Origin: Terriglobales bacterium | GTDB lineage: Bacteria; Acidobacteriota; Terriglobia; Terriglobales; SCQP01 | Direction of reading: 5' to 3' | Assembly (NCBI GenBank): GCA_035553115.1 | Contig: DATNED010000156.1 | Coordinates: 5,781-69,780, forward strand | DNA length: 64,000 bases | Part shown: piece after piece, positions 38,576 through 49,748 of the stretch | How positions within the stretch are numbered: the stretch's first letter is position 1 | Layout: each line of letters opens with the position of its first letter | Notes under the pieces: generated by a model | The model's input: only the letters and a program-made list of their open reading frames with translations | Database searches by the model: none | What the model was told of the DNA's origin: nothing | Translations under genes and position numbers: made by a program

Positions 38576-39001
38576 ATGTCGAACAAGCAAGCTGATGCCG
38601 ATTTGATCCTGAAGCTGTATGATCTGCGCCGCGAGAAGGTAATGCGCGAGGCGCGCGCCTGGTTCGCACAGAAGTTCAACCCCAAGACCGATGCCGAGGT
38701 GGAGGCCGCGCTGAGCGGCGAAAACGGAGCCTACCTGCGCCAGATCGGCGGCTATTGGGACATGGCGTGCGCAATGGTTGTGCACGGCGCGATTGACGCG
38801 GCGCTGTTCGCCGACACCAACGGCGAGCATATCTTCGTCTACGCCAAGCTTCTGCCCTTCCTTCCCTGGCTGCGCAAGCAGTACAACCCGAAGATGCTGG
38901 CCAACGTCGAGCAGGTGGTGAAGGCCACGCCCGGCCACGAGGAGAGCGTCAAGCGCGTGCAGGCGCGGCTCGCCGCCATGGCCTCAGCTGCAAAGCGCTG
39001 A
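38576..39001 (+). CDS. Conserved-looking hypothetical protein (141 aa, soluble, helical)
   Basis: ATG 38576 is preceded by GGAGGAA. The protein has balanced composition (MSNKQADADLILKLYDLRREKVMREARAWF). The upstream part of the 273-aa track ORF is antisense to rlmH and was discarded. Confidence 0.55.
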   Translation: MSNKQADADLILKLYDLRREKVMREARAWFAQKFNPKTDAEVEAALSGENGAYLRQIGGYWDMACAMVVHGAIDAALFADTNGEHIFVYAKLLPFLPWLRKQYNPKMLANVEQVVKATPGHEESVKRVQARLAAMASAAKR

Positions 39002-39022
39002 ACCGATCCAGGACTCTTGCCG

Positions 39023-39268
39023 ATGACCGCATGGATAAAGGTTGGTCTCAAGCCGACCGTGCTCGATCCCCAAGGCAAGGCCATCCAAGCCGCGCTAGGG
39101 AAGTTGGGCTACGCCGGGATCGAAGAGCTGCGCCAAGCCAAGCTCTTCGAGGTGCGGCTGGCCGCGGGCACGGACGCGAAATCGGCGCGCGCCGAAGTCG
39201 AGCGCGCGGCCCGCGAAGTCCTAACCAACCCGGTGATCGAGGAGTATTCGATTCGGTGGGAGGAGTAG
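39023..39268 (+). CDS. purS: Phosphoribosylformylglycinamidine synthase subunit PurS
   Basis: [30 protein letters not shown]...[13 protein letters not shown] matches the PurS pattern. ATG 39023 is preferred over TTG 39017. Confidence 0.88.
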   Translation: MTAWIKVGLKPTVLDPQGKAIQAALGKLGYAGIEELRQAKLFEVRLAAGTDAKSARAEVERAAREVLTNPVIEEYSIRWEE

Positions 39269-39278
39269 GTTCCAGTCT

Positions 39279-41147
<1,869 letters not shown>

Positions 41148-41150
41148 CGC

Positions 41151-41711
41151 ATGCCCGGCTATGCCCTGGTCGCGTTCTGGATCGTTTTCTTCCTGTATTG
41201 GATCGCAGCCGCGACCGCCGTGAAGGCGACGGCGGAACGCCAGAGCGCCGCCACGAACACCGCCCACCGGCTGCCGGTGATCGCGGCGGCGATTCTGCTG
41301 TTCGGGAACTGGCGCTCGTTTGGCCTCAATGATCCCCTGCTGCCGCAGACACAGACGATGGCGTGGACCGGCGTGGTCGTGACCGCGCTCGGGCTGGCCC
41401 TGGCGATCTGGGCACGGCGGACGCTGGGGTCGAACTGGAGTTCCTCGCCCACGCTGAAGCAGGGCCATGAACTGGTGCAGCGCGGGCCCTACGCATTCGT
41501 CCGCAACCCGATTTATACAGCCATGCTGTTGATGCTGCTCGGCACCTGCATTTTCGTCGGCCAGACTCGCGCGGCGCTCGCGCTGCCGCTCGCCGTGTTG
41601 GGGCTATGGATCAAGCTCAAACAGGAAGAGGCGCTGATGCTGCGCCATTTCCCCGAAACCTATCCCTCCTACCGCCGGCGTGTCAAAGCCATCGTTCCCT
41701 ACGTGATTTGA
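41151..41711 (+). CDS. Isoprenylcysteine carboxyl methyltransferase (ICMT)-family membrane methyltransferase
   Basis: 186 aa with four to five TM helices. Motif LVQRGPYAFVRNPIYTAMLL. Confidence 0.8.
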   Translation: MPGYALVAFWIVFFLYWIAAATAVKATAERQSAATNTAHRLPVIAAAILLFGNWRSFGLNDPLLPQTQTMAWTGVVVTALGLALAIWARRTLGSNWSSSPTLKQGHELVQRGPYAFVRNPIYTAMLLMLLGTCIFVGQTRAALALPLAVLGLWIKLKQEEALMLRHFPETYPSYRRRVKAIVPYVI

Positions 41712-41726
41712 CCAGCCTTCGGCGGA

Positions 41727-43097
41727 TCAATGGCCAACGGCGCGCGGACCGATCAGGCCTTCGACCCGGCGCAAACCCTGATCGAGCGCGGCTTGCGAGC
41801 GCGCTTCGACGTTCAAGCGCAGCAGCGGCTCGGTGTTCGAGCTGCGCAGGTTGAAGCGCCACTCCGGGTAGGCGACGGAAAGCCCGTCGGTGTGGTCAGG
41901 CACGCCGTCGCTGAAGGCTCGCCCGATCGAGGTGATCTTCGCCGCCGCATCCTCGACCGTGAAGTTGATCTCGCCGCTGGCAAAATACCGGGCGCGCAGC
42001 GGCGCCACCAGGGCGGAAAGCGGCTTCTTCTCGCGCCCCAGCAGCTCGAGCATCAGCAGCAACGGAATCATGCCGTTGTCGCGGAACCAATTGCGGCGAA
42101 AATAGAAGTGGGCCGACATCTCGCCCGCAAAGGCGGCATTCACCTCGCGCATCTTGGCGGGAATGATCGTCATGCCGGCGCGGCTGAGCACCGTCTTGCC
42201 CCCCAGGGCGGCGATGGTCTCTTGCGTGGCCCAGATGCTGCGCGGATCAATCACCACCGTCGCGCCGGGCTCGTGGTGCAGGATCGAGCGCGCGAGAATG
42301 GCGGTGGTGAAGTAGCCGGAGAGGAAGTAGCCGGTGTCGTCCGCGAAGAAGCAGCGGTCGCCGTCCGCATCCCAGGCCACGCCCAGGTCCGCGCCCTCGG
42401 AGCGCACGCGCGCGACCAGTTCGCCCTGGTTGGCCGGCAGCAGCGGGTTGGGCACGCCGCCGGGAACCGGAAAGCTTCCGTCGGGGTTTTCGTAGATGCC
42501 AATGATTTCGATCGGCAGCTTGCCGCGCGCGGCCACGCGGCGCAGCACCTGCGCTTGAAGCCCGCAGTTGCCGTTGGCCACAATCTTCATCGGGCGCAGC
42601 AACGAGCGATCCACGTACGTGAGGACGTAGTCGGCGAAATCATCCCAGACGTCTTGCTGGATCAAACCCCCCGGCGACGCCGCGGGCGCGGCGCCTTGGC
42701 CCGCCAGGGCCAGATCTCGCACCTTCTCCAAGCCGCTGCCCAGCGCCAGCGGCACCGCTCCCCGGCGGCAGCAGTTGAAGCCATTCCATTCCTTTGGATT
42801 GTGCGAGGCGGAAATGGTGAAGCCGGCGTCCACGTCGAGCGTGCCGGCGGCAAAATAAAACATGTCGGTCGAAACCGTGCCGATGTCCACCACTTCGGCG
42901 CCCGCCGCGCGCAAGGCCCCCATGGCGGCGTGGGCCAGCTCCGGCCCCGTGGCGCGAACGTCTTTTCCCACTACCACGCGCTTGGAAGCGGTGACCTGGA
43001 CGAATGCGCGCGCGATCGCTGCAGCCCCGGCGGCGTCCAGCTGCGAGGGCACAATTCCGCGAATGTCGTAGCTCTTGAAAATCGACGGATCAAGCAC
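41727..43097 (-). CDS. Phosphomannomutase/phosphoglucomutase
   Basis: GTG start at 43097. FKSYDIRG, the active-site loop TISASHNPKEWNG, and the metal-binding loop AWDADGDRCFF. Confidence 0.9.
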   Translation of the reverse strand: MLDPSIFKSYDIRGIVPSQLDAAGAAAIARAFVQVTASKRVVVGKDVRATGPELAHAAMGALRAAGAEVVDIGTVSTDMFYFAAGTLDVDAGFTISASHNPKEWNGFNCCRRGAVPLALGSGLEKVRDLALAGQGAAPAASPGGLIQQDVWDDFADYVLTYVDRSLLRPMKIVANGNCGLQAQVLRRVAARGKLPIEIIGIYENPDGSFPVPGGVPNPLLPANQGELVARVRSEGADLGVAWDADGDRCFFADDTGYFLSGYFTTAILARSILHHEPGATVVIDPRSIWATQETIAALGGKTVLSRAGMTIIPAKMREVNAAFAGEMSAHFYFRRNWFRDNGMIPLLLMLELLGREKKPLSALVAPLRARYFASGEINFTVEDAAAKITSIGRAFSDGVPDHTDGLSVAYPEWRFNLRSSNTEPLLRLNVEARSQAALDQGLRRVEGLIGPRAVGH

Positions 43098-43115
43098 AAG
43101 CCATCATACACACGA

Positions 43116-43142
43116 AAGCCCCGCCAAAATGCGGCGGGGCTT
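43116..43142 (-). terminator. Candidate intrinsic terminator downstream of the TonB-dependent receptor gene
   Basis: Perfect 10-bp stem AAGCCCCGCC / GGCGGGGCTT with a 7-nt loop. On the minus strand it is followed by TCGTGTGTATG, an interrupted T tract. Confidence 0.5.
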
Positions 43143-43195
43143 CGTGCGGTAGTACTGCAGACGCAAAGATAGCCGGGCTGATTCAAAATGTCGAG

Positions 43196-46100
43196 TTAAA
43201 ACGTCAGCCGAGCAGTTATTTGAATGATGCGCGGCGAGGCATCGCCGCCAAGGAACGATCCCAGGATGCTGGTCGGAACGCTGACGGTGTTGATAATGGT
43301 GCCGAACGAGCTGCTGCCGACATCGCCCACCGGTTGATCGAAGTTGGGATGGTTGAAGAGATTGAAGAACTGGACGCCGATGCCCAGCTGGCCCTTCTCC
43401 CAGCCCGGCAATTGGGTGTTCTTGATGACGCTGAGGTCGGTATCGAAGAACTTCGGGCCGCGGAACTGATTGCGGGTTTGATTGCCGAAGCCGGTCGGAG
43501 TCGCGGTGGAGGCGGAAAAATCCGAGGCGACCAGGCATTGTTTGTCAATGACGCAACTGCCGCTCTGCCCAGGGCCGAGCTGGTTGGCGAAGAGAACGCT
43601 GTTCGCGCCGAAATTGTTGGCTTGCAGAGTGGCCGTTGCGTTGCCGTCGGTGACCGTCAGCGGCAGCCCGCTGCGGGTGAACAGCGAGCCCGAAAGTGTC
43701 CATCCCCGCCACAGCTGGTCGGGGCCCCAGCTGAAGACGCTGCGGAAGGGCACTTCCCAAAGGTAGCTGAGGTTGAAGGAGTTGCGGACATCGTAGTCCG
43801 CATTGCCGTAATTGAAGCCGTGGATGTTATTGGGGTCCTGCACGCCCAGGATGCTCAGGTTGGTGTTGTTGTTGAAGGCTAGGAACCCGCCGTTGGAGAC
43901 CTCGTCGAGCGCATGGCTCCAGGTGTAGTTGGCCTGCACTTGAAACGTCTTCGACAGGTGACGATTGAACCCCAGCGTGAGGCCGTTGTAGCTGGATACG
44001 CCGCCGTTCACCAACTGGTTCACGACGCTGAAACGGGCGTCAGGCGCGGTGGCGGGCAATCCCGCGAAGCCCGGGAGAAAGGCGTTCACGGCGTCGTTCT
44101 GGATGGGCTCGTGGACGCCGTGATTGCCGACGTAGTTGGCGCTGATGCTGGTGTTCTGCCCCAGCGCCTGCTGCACTTCGAGGTTCCACTCCTGGTAACG
44201 CGGGGGCCGCACCGTGCCCTCGGAGCTGAAGTAGCTCGGCGGCGAGAAGCCCGGATTGGCGGCGGCGATGGAAGCCACCGTTCCGCCGGCGGCGAACGCG
44301 TTCAAGAAAGAGGTGTTGTCCGCCGCTGCCGCCGCGCGGACGTTGCCGGGCATGGCGGGCGAGAGCGGGCCGCTGACGACGAAAGTGTTGTTTTCGGGCG
44401 AGTTGGTGGCAAAGTTGTCGGCCACGGTCGCCGGAAAGATGTCGTTGAAAATGCCGAAGCCGCCGCGCAGCACGGTGTTGGGGCCGATCGGCGTCCAGGC
44501 GAAGCCGAAGCGCGGCTGGAAGAGGATGTGGCGATAAGAAGGATAGGCCTGGGCCAATCCCGTCTGGATGATCGCGTTGTACGGCACCGTGGCGTCGTGG
44601 GCCAAATCCACAAAAGGCGAGGTCAGCCGCGCGAAGCAATCGTGGGTGCAGATGGGGTTCGAATCATGTTCGGCTCGCAGAGCGAACGTCAGCTTGAGGT
44701 TCTTCGTGACTGCGATGTCGTCCTCCGCGTACGCTCCCAGCGTGTACAGCCGAATGGGCTGGTTCAAGCGGGTCGGAAACGCCTGGGTCGAGGAAGTTGC
44801 GGTGCCATTAAAGAAATCGGCCAGGGTCGTGCGCACGTGCGGGGTGGTTTCGATGCCGAAGTCGTAGTCGTTGACGTAATTGATTTTGTAGTTCGCGCCC
44901 AGCTTGAAGGTGTTCATGCCGGCGGTCATCGAGGCGTCGTCCACCAGGCCGTACTGCGCCACGTTGCGGCCTTGCGGGAAATCGTAATCCAAGCCGCCCA
45001 GGCGGGTGAAAAGGTTGCTGGAAATGCTGACCGTCACCGGCAGCACGGCGCTGCGCGCGGCGGGATTGACGCCAAAAAGTGCGTCGTAGTGGGAGGCGCT
45101 GGCGATGAATTGATTCACTGCGCCGGCCCCGAAGGCGTGCGTCCAGTTGACCTGGCCTTGATATTGCGGCTGGTTGCTGTCCACATTGAAGCGCGGATCA
45201 ATGGGATCGGTGAACGTGGCTTGCACGCCGCGATCCATCGAGAGCTGCACGAAGGCTTTGTCGCTGGTGCCGAAATCCTGGTCGTAGCGGCCGGAAAGGG
45301 TCCATTCGTGGGTGTGGTTGCCGGCGGTGGATTGGAACTGGAGCGCGCAGGGCGACCCCGCCGCCAGGCCCGTGAAGGTAAAGCCGCCGCATCCGCCGGC
45401 TGGCTGCGAGGCGGTTGCTGGCACTGGCACCGCCGCGCCCGCGCCGGCCGCGCCATTGTAGAGCGCGAACATGCTCTGGTAGAAGGGCACCTGCGCCGCG
45501 TTGCCGTTCGCGGTCAAGTTGGCGATCGTGGCCGCTTCAAATTGCGGGCTCGGAATTTTGGCCTGCGTGTTGGTGGGCAGCACCACGTTCAAGCCCTCGG
45601 TGTTGAGCCAAAAGAACGACTTGTTCTTGTAGACCGGACCGCCGAAGCTGGCCGCCCAGCGATTGGCGTTGTCGAACGGGCGCGCCGAGCCGTTGGCATT
45701 GTTGAAGAAGTTGTTGGCGTTCAGCACGCGGCCGTTCCAGTAATAAATCGCGTTGCCGTGCCAATCATTGCCGCCGGATTTGGTGACGTAATTCACATTT
45801 GCGCCGCCGAGTTCGCCGTATTGGCCCGAGTAGCCGTTGTTGGTCACGGTGACTTGATCCACATCATTCTGGCCGAGGAGAAGGTTGGTCGCGCCGGAGT
45901 TGTTGAGATTGAGAAAGGGATCGTTGTCGTCTTGTCCGTTGACGGTGAACAAGTTCGAGGTCGCGGGCAGGCCAAAGGTCGAGAAGTTGCCATTGCCCCC
46001 TTGGGTGTTCATCACCGCGCCGGGCGAGGTCTGCACGGTTTGCGTCAAATCACCGCCACTATTGGGCACCAGCGCGACTTGCGCCGGCGTGAACGACGTC

Positions 46101-46525
46101 GAGACATCTCCGTTCGTCGTCTGCACCGGAGCGGCTTCGCCGGTAACGGTTACCGTCTGCGCAGCCGCGCCCACCTTCAGCTCAATGTTCGCGGATTGCA
46201 CCTGGCCAACGCTCACAGCGACCTTGAATTTCTGGGGAGAGAAGCCAGTGGCGGTGGCGCTCACGATGTAGTTGCCCGGCTGCAGCAGCGAGAAGCGATA
46301 GCTGCCGGTCGCGCTGGTCGAGGTGGTCTTGGTGGTGCCCGTGTCGGCGTTGGTGAGTGTGACGGTGGCGCCGGGGATGGCAGCGCCGCTGGGGTCGGAG
46401 ATGACCCCGGAGATGTCGCCCGAGGTGGTGCTCTGCCCCACGGCGCGGTTGGGCGCCAACGCGGCGAACAGGCCGATGGCCACCAGTGTGGAAAAGACGG
46501 GAAGTAGGGCGCGACGGAATGTCAT
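43196..46525 (-). CDS. TonB-dependent receptor with an N-terminal carboxypeptidase-regulatory-like domain
   Basis: Start moved to ATG 46525 (MTFRRALLPVFSTLVAIGLFAALAPNRAVG), with GGAGGAG upstream. CarboxypepD_reg-like GVISDPSGAAIPGATVTLTN...GNYIVSATATGF. Ends ...ITARLTF. Confidence 0.85.
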   Translation of the reverse strand: MTFRRALLPVFSTLVAIGLFAALAPNRAVGQSTTSGDISGVISDPSGAAIPGATVTLTNADTGTTKTTSTSATGSYRFSLLQPGNYIVSATATGFSPQKFKVAVSVGQVQSANIELKVGAAAQTVTVTGEAAPVQTTNGDVSTSFTPAQVALVPNSGGDLTQTVQTSPGAVMNTQGGNGNFSTFGLPATSNLFTVNGQDDNDPFLNLNNSGATNLLLGQNDVDQVTVTNNGYSGQYGELGGANVNYVTKSGGNDWHGNAIYYWNGRVLNANNFFNNANGSARPFDNANRWAASFGGPVYKNKSFFWLNTEGLNVVLPTNTQAKIPSPQFEAATIANLTANGNAAQVPFYQSMFALYNGAAGAGAAVPVPATASQPAGGCGGFTFTGLAAGSPCALQFQSTAGNHTHEWTLSGRYDQDFGTSDKAFVQLSMDRGVQATFTDPIDPRFNVDSNQPQYQGQVNWTHAFGAGAVNQFIASASHYDALFGVNPAARSAVLPVTVSISSNLFTRLGGLDYDFPQGRNVAQYGLVDDASMTAGMNTFKLGANYKINYVNDYDFGIETTPHVRTTLADFFNGTATSSTQAFPTRLNQPIRLYTLGAYAEDDIAVTKNLKLTFALRAEHDSNPICTHDCFARLTSPFVDLAHDATVPYNAIIQTGLAQAYPSYRHILFQPRFGFAWTPIGPNTVLRGGFGIFNDIFPATVADNFATNSPENNTFVVSGPLSPAMPGNVRAAAAADNTSFLNAFAAGGTVASIAAANPGFSPPSYFSSEGTVRPPRYQEWNLEVQQALGQNTSISANYVGNHGVHEPIQNDAVNAFLPGFAGLPATAPDARFSVVNQLVNGGVSSYNGLTLGFNRHLSKTFQVQANYTWSHALDEVSNGGFLAFNNNTNLSILGVQDPNNIHGFNYGNADYDVRNSFNLSYLWEVPFRSVFSWGPDQLWRGWTLSGSLFTRSGLPLTVTDGNATATLQANNFGANSVLFANQLGPGQSGSCVIDKQCLVASDFSASTATPTGFGNQTRNQFRGPKFFDTDLSVIKNTQLPGWEKGQLGIGVQFFNLFNHPNFDQPVGDVGSSSFGTIINTVSVPTSILGSFLGGDASPRIIQITARLTF

Positions 46526-46671
46526 GGAGCTCCTCCACCAATGGGACTGCATTGTAGGGGCCATTCCCACTCCCTTTGGCCACGCCTCAGCCCGCAACAG
46601 TTAGCAAAGGTGGGCAAAGAAGCTGGATTTCAAATTCCGCAGGCAGCTGTTCTCGATCTAGAATTCCGAAA

Positions 46672-47703
46672 GTGGCAACTCCTCCGCTATCGCGATTGGT
46701 GCGCGAGCTTCGGGCATTCTCCACGCGCCACGCGATGTTCGCACCTGGCGACCGGGTGGCGGTGGCGGTATCGGGCGGAGCGGATTCGGTTGCGCTGCTT
46801 CTGCTGCTGGTCGAGGTCGCCGGGGAACTCGGGCTGCAATTGTCGGTGGCGCACTTCGACCACCGCTGGAGACCCGAGTCGGGCGCAGATGCCGCATGGG
46901 TGGGCGAGCTCGCGGCGAAGCTGGGCCTGCCGTTTTATCTTGAGCGTGGCGAGCCTGCCCGGTCGGGAAATTTGGAGCAGCAGTCACGGCTGTTGCGGTA
47001 TGCGTTCTTCAAGCGACTTCAGGGTCAAGGAGTGGCGGACAAAGCCGCCACCGCCCACACCCGCGACGACCAGGCAGAGACGGTGCTGCTGCGCGTGCTG
47101 CGCGGAGCCGGGACGCGCGGGCTGGCGGGCATTTTGCCGATTCGCGACGGCTTTATCGTCCGGCCGCTGCTGCGCGTCGCGCGCGTTGAGCTGCGCCCCC
47201 TGCTCGACCAGCGCGGTCAGTCCTGGCGCCAGGATGCGACCAACCTCGATCTGCGCTTCCGCCGCAATCTGCTTCGTGCCCAGGTGATGCCCCGCCTGCG
47301 CGCGGAGTTCAACCCCGCGCTTGAGGAGCGCCTGGCCGCGCTGGCCGAGGTGCAGCGCGCCGAAGAGGTTTTTTGGAGTGACTACCTTGGTCCTCTGCTT
47401 GAGGCTGCGTCCGAGTCCATGCCGCTCGGTCTCCGCTTGCGCTGCGAGCCCCTGCGCCGGCTGCCGCTGGCGGTGCGCCGAAGGCTGGTTCGGCTGGCCA
47501 TGGCGCGGGTGCAGGGGCACTGGGGCGGCTTGGAGTACGCCCTGGTCGAGCAGATCTCGGCTTGGATCGAGGCGGCGGGCAACCAGCCCCGAATCAAGCA
47601 AATCCGGAGCTTGAGTTGCCGCGTTTCCAGCCGATATCTAGAGCTTCGGGTTCAGGATCGGGGTCCGCACCCAGTCCCAATCAAGCGCATGGATGCGTTA
47701 TAA
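46672..47703 (+). CDS. tilS: tRNA(Ile)-lysidine synthetase
   Basis: PP-loop motif VAVAVSGGADSVALL, then RPLL...R. Start uncertain: GTG 46672 gives a typical ~20-aa lead-in (VATPPLSRLVRELRAFSTRHAMF); the track start is at 46576. Confidence 0.8.
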   Translation: MATPPLSRLVRELRAFSTRHAMFAPGDRVAVAVSGGADSVALLLLLVEVAGELGLQLSVAHFDHRWRPESGADAAWVGELAAKLGLPFYLERGEPARSGNLEQQSRLLRYAFFKRLQGQGVADKAATAHTRDDQAETVLLRVLRGAGTRGLAGILPIRDGFIVRPLLRVARVELRPLLDQRGQSWRQDATNLDLRFRRNLLRAQVMPRLRAEFNPALEERLAALAEVQRAEEVFWSDYLGPLLEAASESMPLGLRLRCEPLRRLPLAVRRRLVRLAMARVQGHWGGLEYALVEQISAWIEAAGNQPRIKQIRSLSCRVSSRYLELRVQDRGPHPVPIKRMDAL

Positions 47704-47825
47704 TTGGGTGAACCTGCGGTGGAAACTGATGGCCGCCTGACACCCCATGCGCCTCGGCCCACCATTTCTATGGAACGGCTCGCTGCTTCCCACATCTAAA
47801 ACTTAAGAGGTCTCAAGAAGGCAGC

Positions 47826-49742
47826 TTGAATTCAACCACCAAAAGCATCGTTCTTTGGGTCGTGCTGGTTGTTGCCGCGCTGGTTCTGTGGCAGATGATC
47901 AAGCTTGGCGGCGGCGCCGGCAAGGTCCAGGAGATCAACTTCTCGCAGTTCATGAGCCAGGCAAAGTCTGGCAATGTGGAGTCGGTCACCGTTACCGGCG
48001 ACGACGTGCAAGGGCAGGTGCACACGCCGAAGGACGAGACCTTCCACACCGTCATCCCGGCCAACTACTCGGACCTGTACAAGACCCTCGAAGACAAGGG
48101 CGTGGCCGTCACCATCAAGGAGCCTTCCAACACCACCTGGGTGAACTTGTTGATGAACGGGGTGCCGATCCTGCTGATCTTTGCCCTCTTCATTTTCATG
48201 ATGCGGCAGATGCAGACCGGTGGAAACAAGGCCTTGTCGTTTGGCAAAAGCCGGGCGCGGCTGCTCTCGACCCAGCAGAAAAAGGTGACGTTCAAGGATG
48301 TGGCCGGCGTCAATGAGGCCAAGGACGAACTGCGCGAGATCATCGAATTCTTGAAGGAGCCGCAGAAGTTCCAAAAGCTGGGCGGTCGCATTCCCAAGGG
48401 TGTCCTCCTGGTGGGCCCTCCCGGCACCGGCAAGACCCTGCTGGCCCGCGCCATCGCCGGCGAAGCCAACGTGCCGTTTTTCTCCATTTCCGGCTCGGAT
48501 TTTGTCGAGATGTTCGTGGGCGTGGGCGCGAGCCGCGTGCGCGACCTGTTCGAGCAGGGAAAGAAAAATGCTCCCTGCATCATCTTTATTGATGAAATTG
48601 ACGCGGTCGGCCGCCACCGCGGCGCCGGCCTCGGCGGCGGCCACGACGAACGCGAACAGACGCTGAACCAACTGCTGGTCGAAATGGATGGCTTCGAAAG
48701 CAACGAGGGCGTCATCCTGGTGGCTTCGACCAACCGCCCGGACGTGCTCGACCCCGCGCTCCTGCGCCCCGGCCGCTTTGACCGGCGCGTGGTGGTGCCG
48801 CGGCCCGATTTGCGCGGCCGTGAAGAGATCCTGCGCGTGCATGCCCGCCGCATTCCGCTGAACGAATCGGTGGATTTGGCTGTGCTGGCCCGCGGCACAC
48901 CCGGCTTCACCGGCGCTGATTTGGCCAACCTGATCAACGAAGCCGCGCTCTGGGCCGCGCGCAACAACCGCAAGACCGTGCTGATGGCGGATCTTGAGGC
49001 CGCAAAGGACAAGGTGCTGATGGGCGCCGAGCGGCGCTCGATGATCATCACCGAAGACGAGAAGCGCAACACCGCCTACCATGAGGCCGGCCATGCGCTG
49101 GTCGCCGCCATGGTGCCGCACTCCGACCCGCTGCACAAGGTGACGATCATTCCGCGCGGGATGGCGCTGGGCGTCACCATGCAGCTGCCCACCGACGACA
49201 AGCACACCTACAGCCGCGACTATCTGCAGGCGCGGCTGGCGGTGATGATGGGCGGGCGCATCGCCGAAGAGCTGTTCATGCTGCACATGACCACCGGCGC
49301 CGGCAACGACATCGAGCAGGCCACCGATCTGGCCCGCAAAATGGTCTGCGAATGGGGCATGAGCGAGCTCGGGCCGCTCACCTTCGGCAAGAAGGAAGAG
49401 CAAATCTTCCTGGGCCGCGAAATCAGCCAGCACCGCGACTTCAGCGAAGACACCGCGATCCGCATTGATCAAGAGGTGCGCCGCCTGGTCATGGAAGGCT
49501 ACGAGCGCGCTCACAAGGTGCTGACCGAGAACTCCGTCACTCTCCACCGGCTGGCCGAAGCCCTGCTCGACCGCGAGAGCCTCGACGCGGACGAGATTAA
49601 GACCGTCCTGGCCGGGCAATCGCTGCCGCCTCTCAACACCGGCGGCGGTGGCCAAGCGGAGCCGGGCACGCAGGAGATCCTGCGGCCCGAACCTGCCCGC
49701 ACCCCTGCGCTGGCCCCCGGCGAGCGCCCCCAACCCGCCTAG
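47826..49742 (+). CDS. ftsH: ATP-dependent zinc metalloprotease FtsH
   Basis: TTG start with AAGAAGG upstream. N-terminal TM helix, Walker A GPPGTGKT, Walker [12 protein letters not shown], and zinc motif HEAGHALV. Confidence 0.97.
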   Translation: MNSTTKSIVLWVVLVVAALVLWQMIKLGGGAGKVQEINFSQFMSQAKSGNVESVTVTGDDVQGQVHTPKDETFHTVIPANYSDLYKTLEDKGVAVTIKEPSNTTWVNLLMNGVPILLIFALFIFMMRQMQTGGNKALSFGKSRARLLSTQQKKVTFKDVAGVNEAKDELREIIEFLKEPQKFQKLGGRIPKGVLLVGPPGTGKTLLARAIAGEANVPFFSISGSDFVEMFVGVGASRVRDLFEQGKKNAPCIIFIDEIDAVGRHRGAGLGGGHDEREQTLNQLLVEMDGFESNEGVILVASTNRPDVLDPALLRPGRFDRRVVVPRPDLRGREEILRVHARRIPLNESVDLAVLARGTPGFTGADLANLINEAALWAARNNRKTVLMADLEAAKDKVLMGAERRSMIITEDEKRNTAYHEAGHALVAAMVPHSDPLHKVTIIPRGMALGVTMQLPTDDKHTYSRDYLQARLAVMMGGRIAEELFMLHMTTGAGNDIEQATDLARKMVCEWGMSELGPLTFGKKEEQIFLGREISQHRDFSEDTAIRIDQEVRRLVMEGYERAHKVLTENSVTLHRLAEALLDRESLDADEIKTVLAGQSLPPLNTGGGGQAEPGTQEILRPEPARTPALAPGERPQPA

Positions 49743-49748
49743 AACGCA

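Noticed and set aside
39269-39278. Possible glmS ribozyme leader
   Set aside because: Only 10 nt separate purS and glmS, which leaves no room for the ribozyme.
46548-46563. Sigma-54-like TGGCCC-N6-ATGCA on the minus strand upstream of the 1109-aa TonB-dependent receptor
   Set aside because: The GG/GC spacing is right, but four other consensus positions mismatch. The site would leave only ~10 nt of 5' UTR. By rough estimate, matches of this quality are expected by chance roughly a dozen times in the window.
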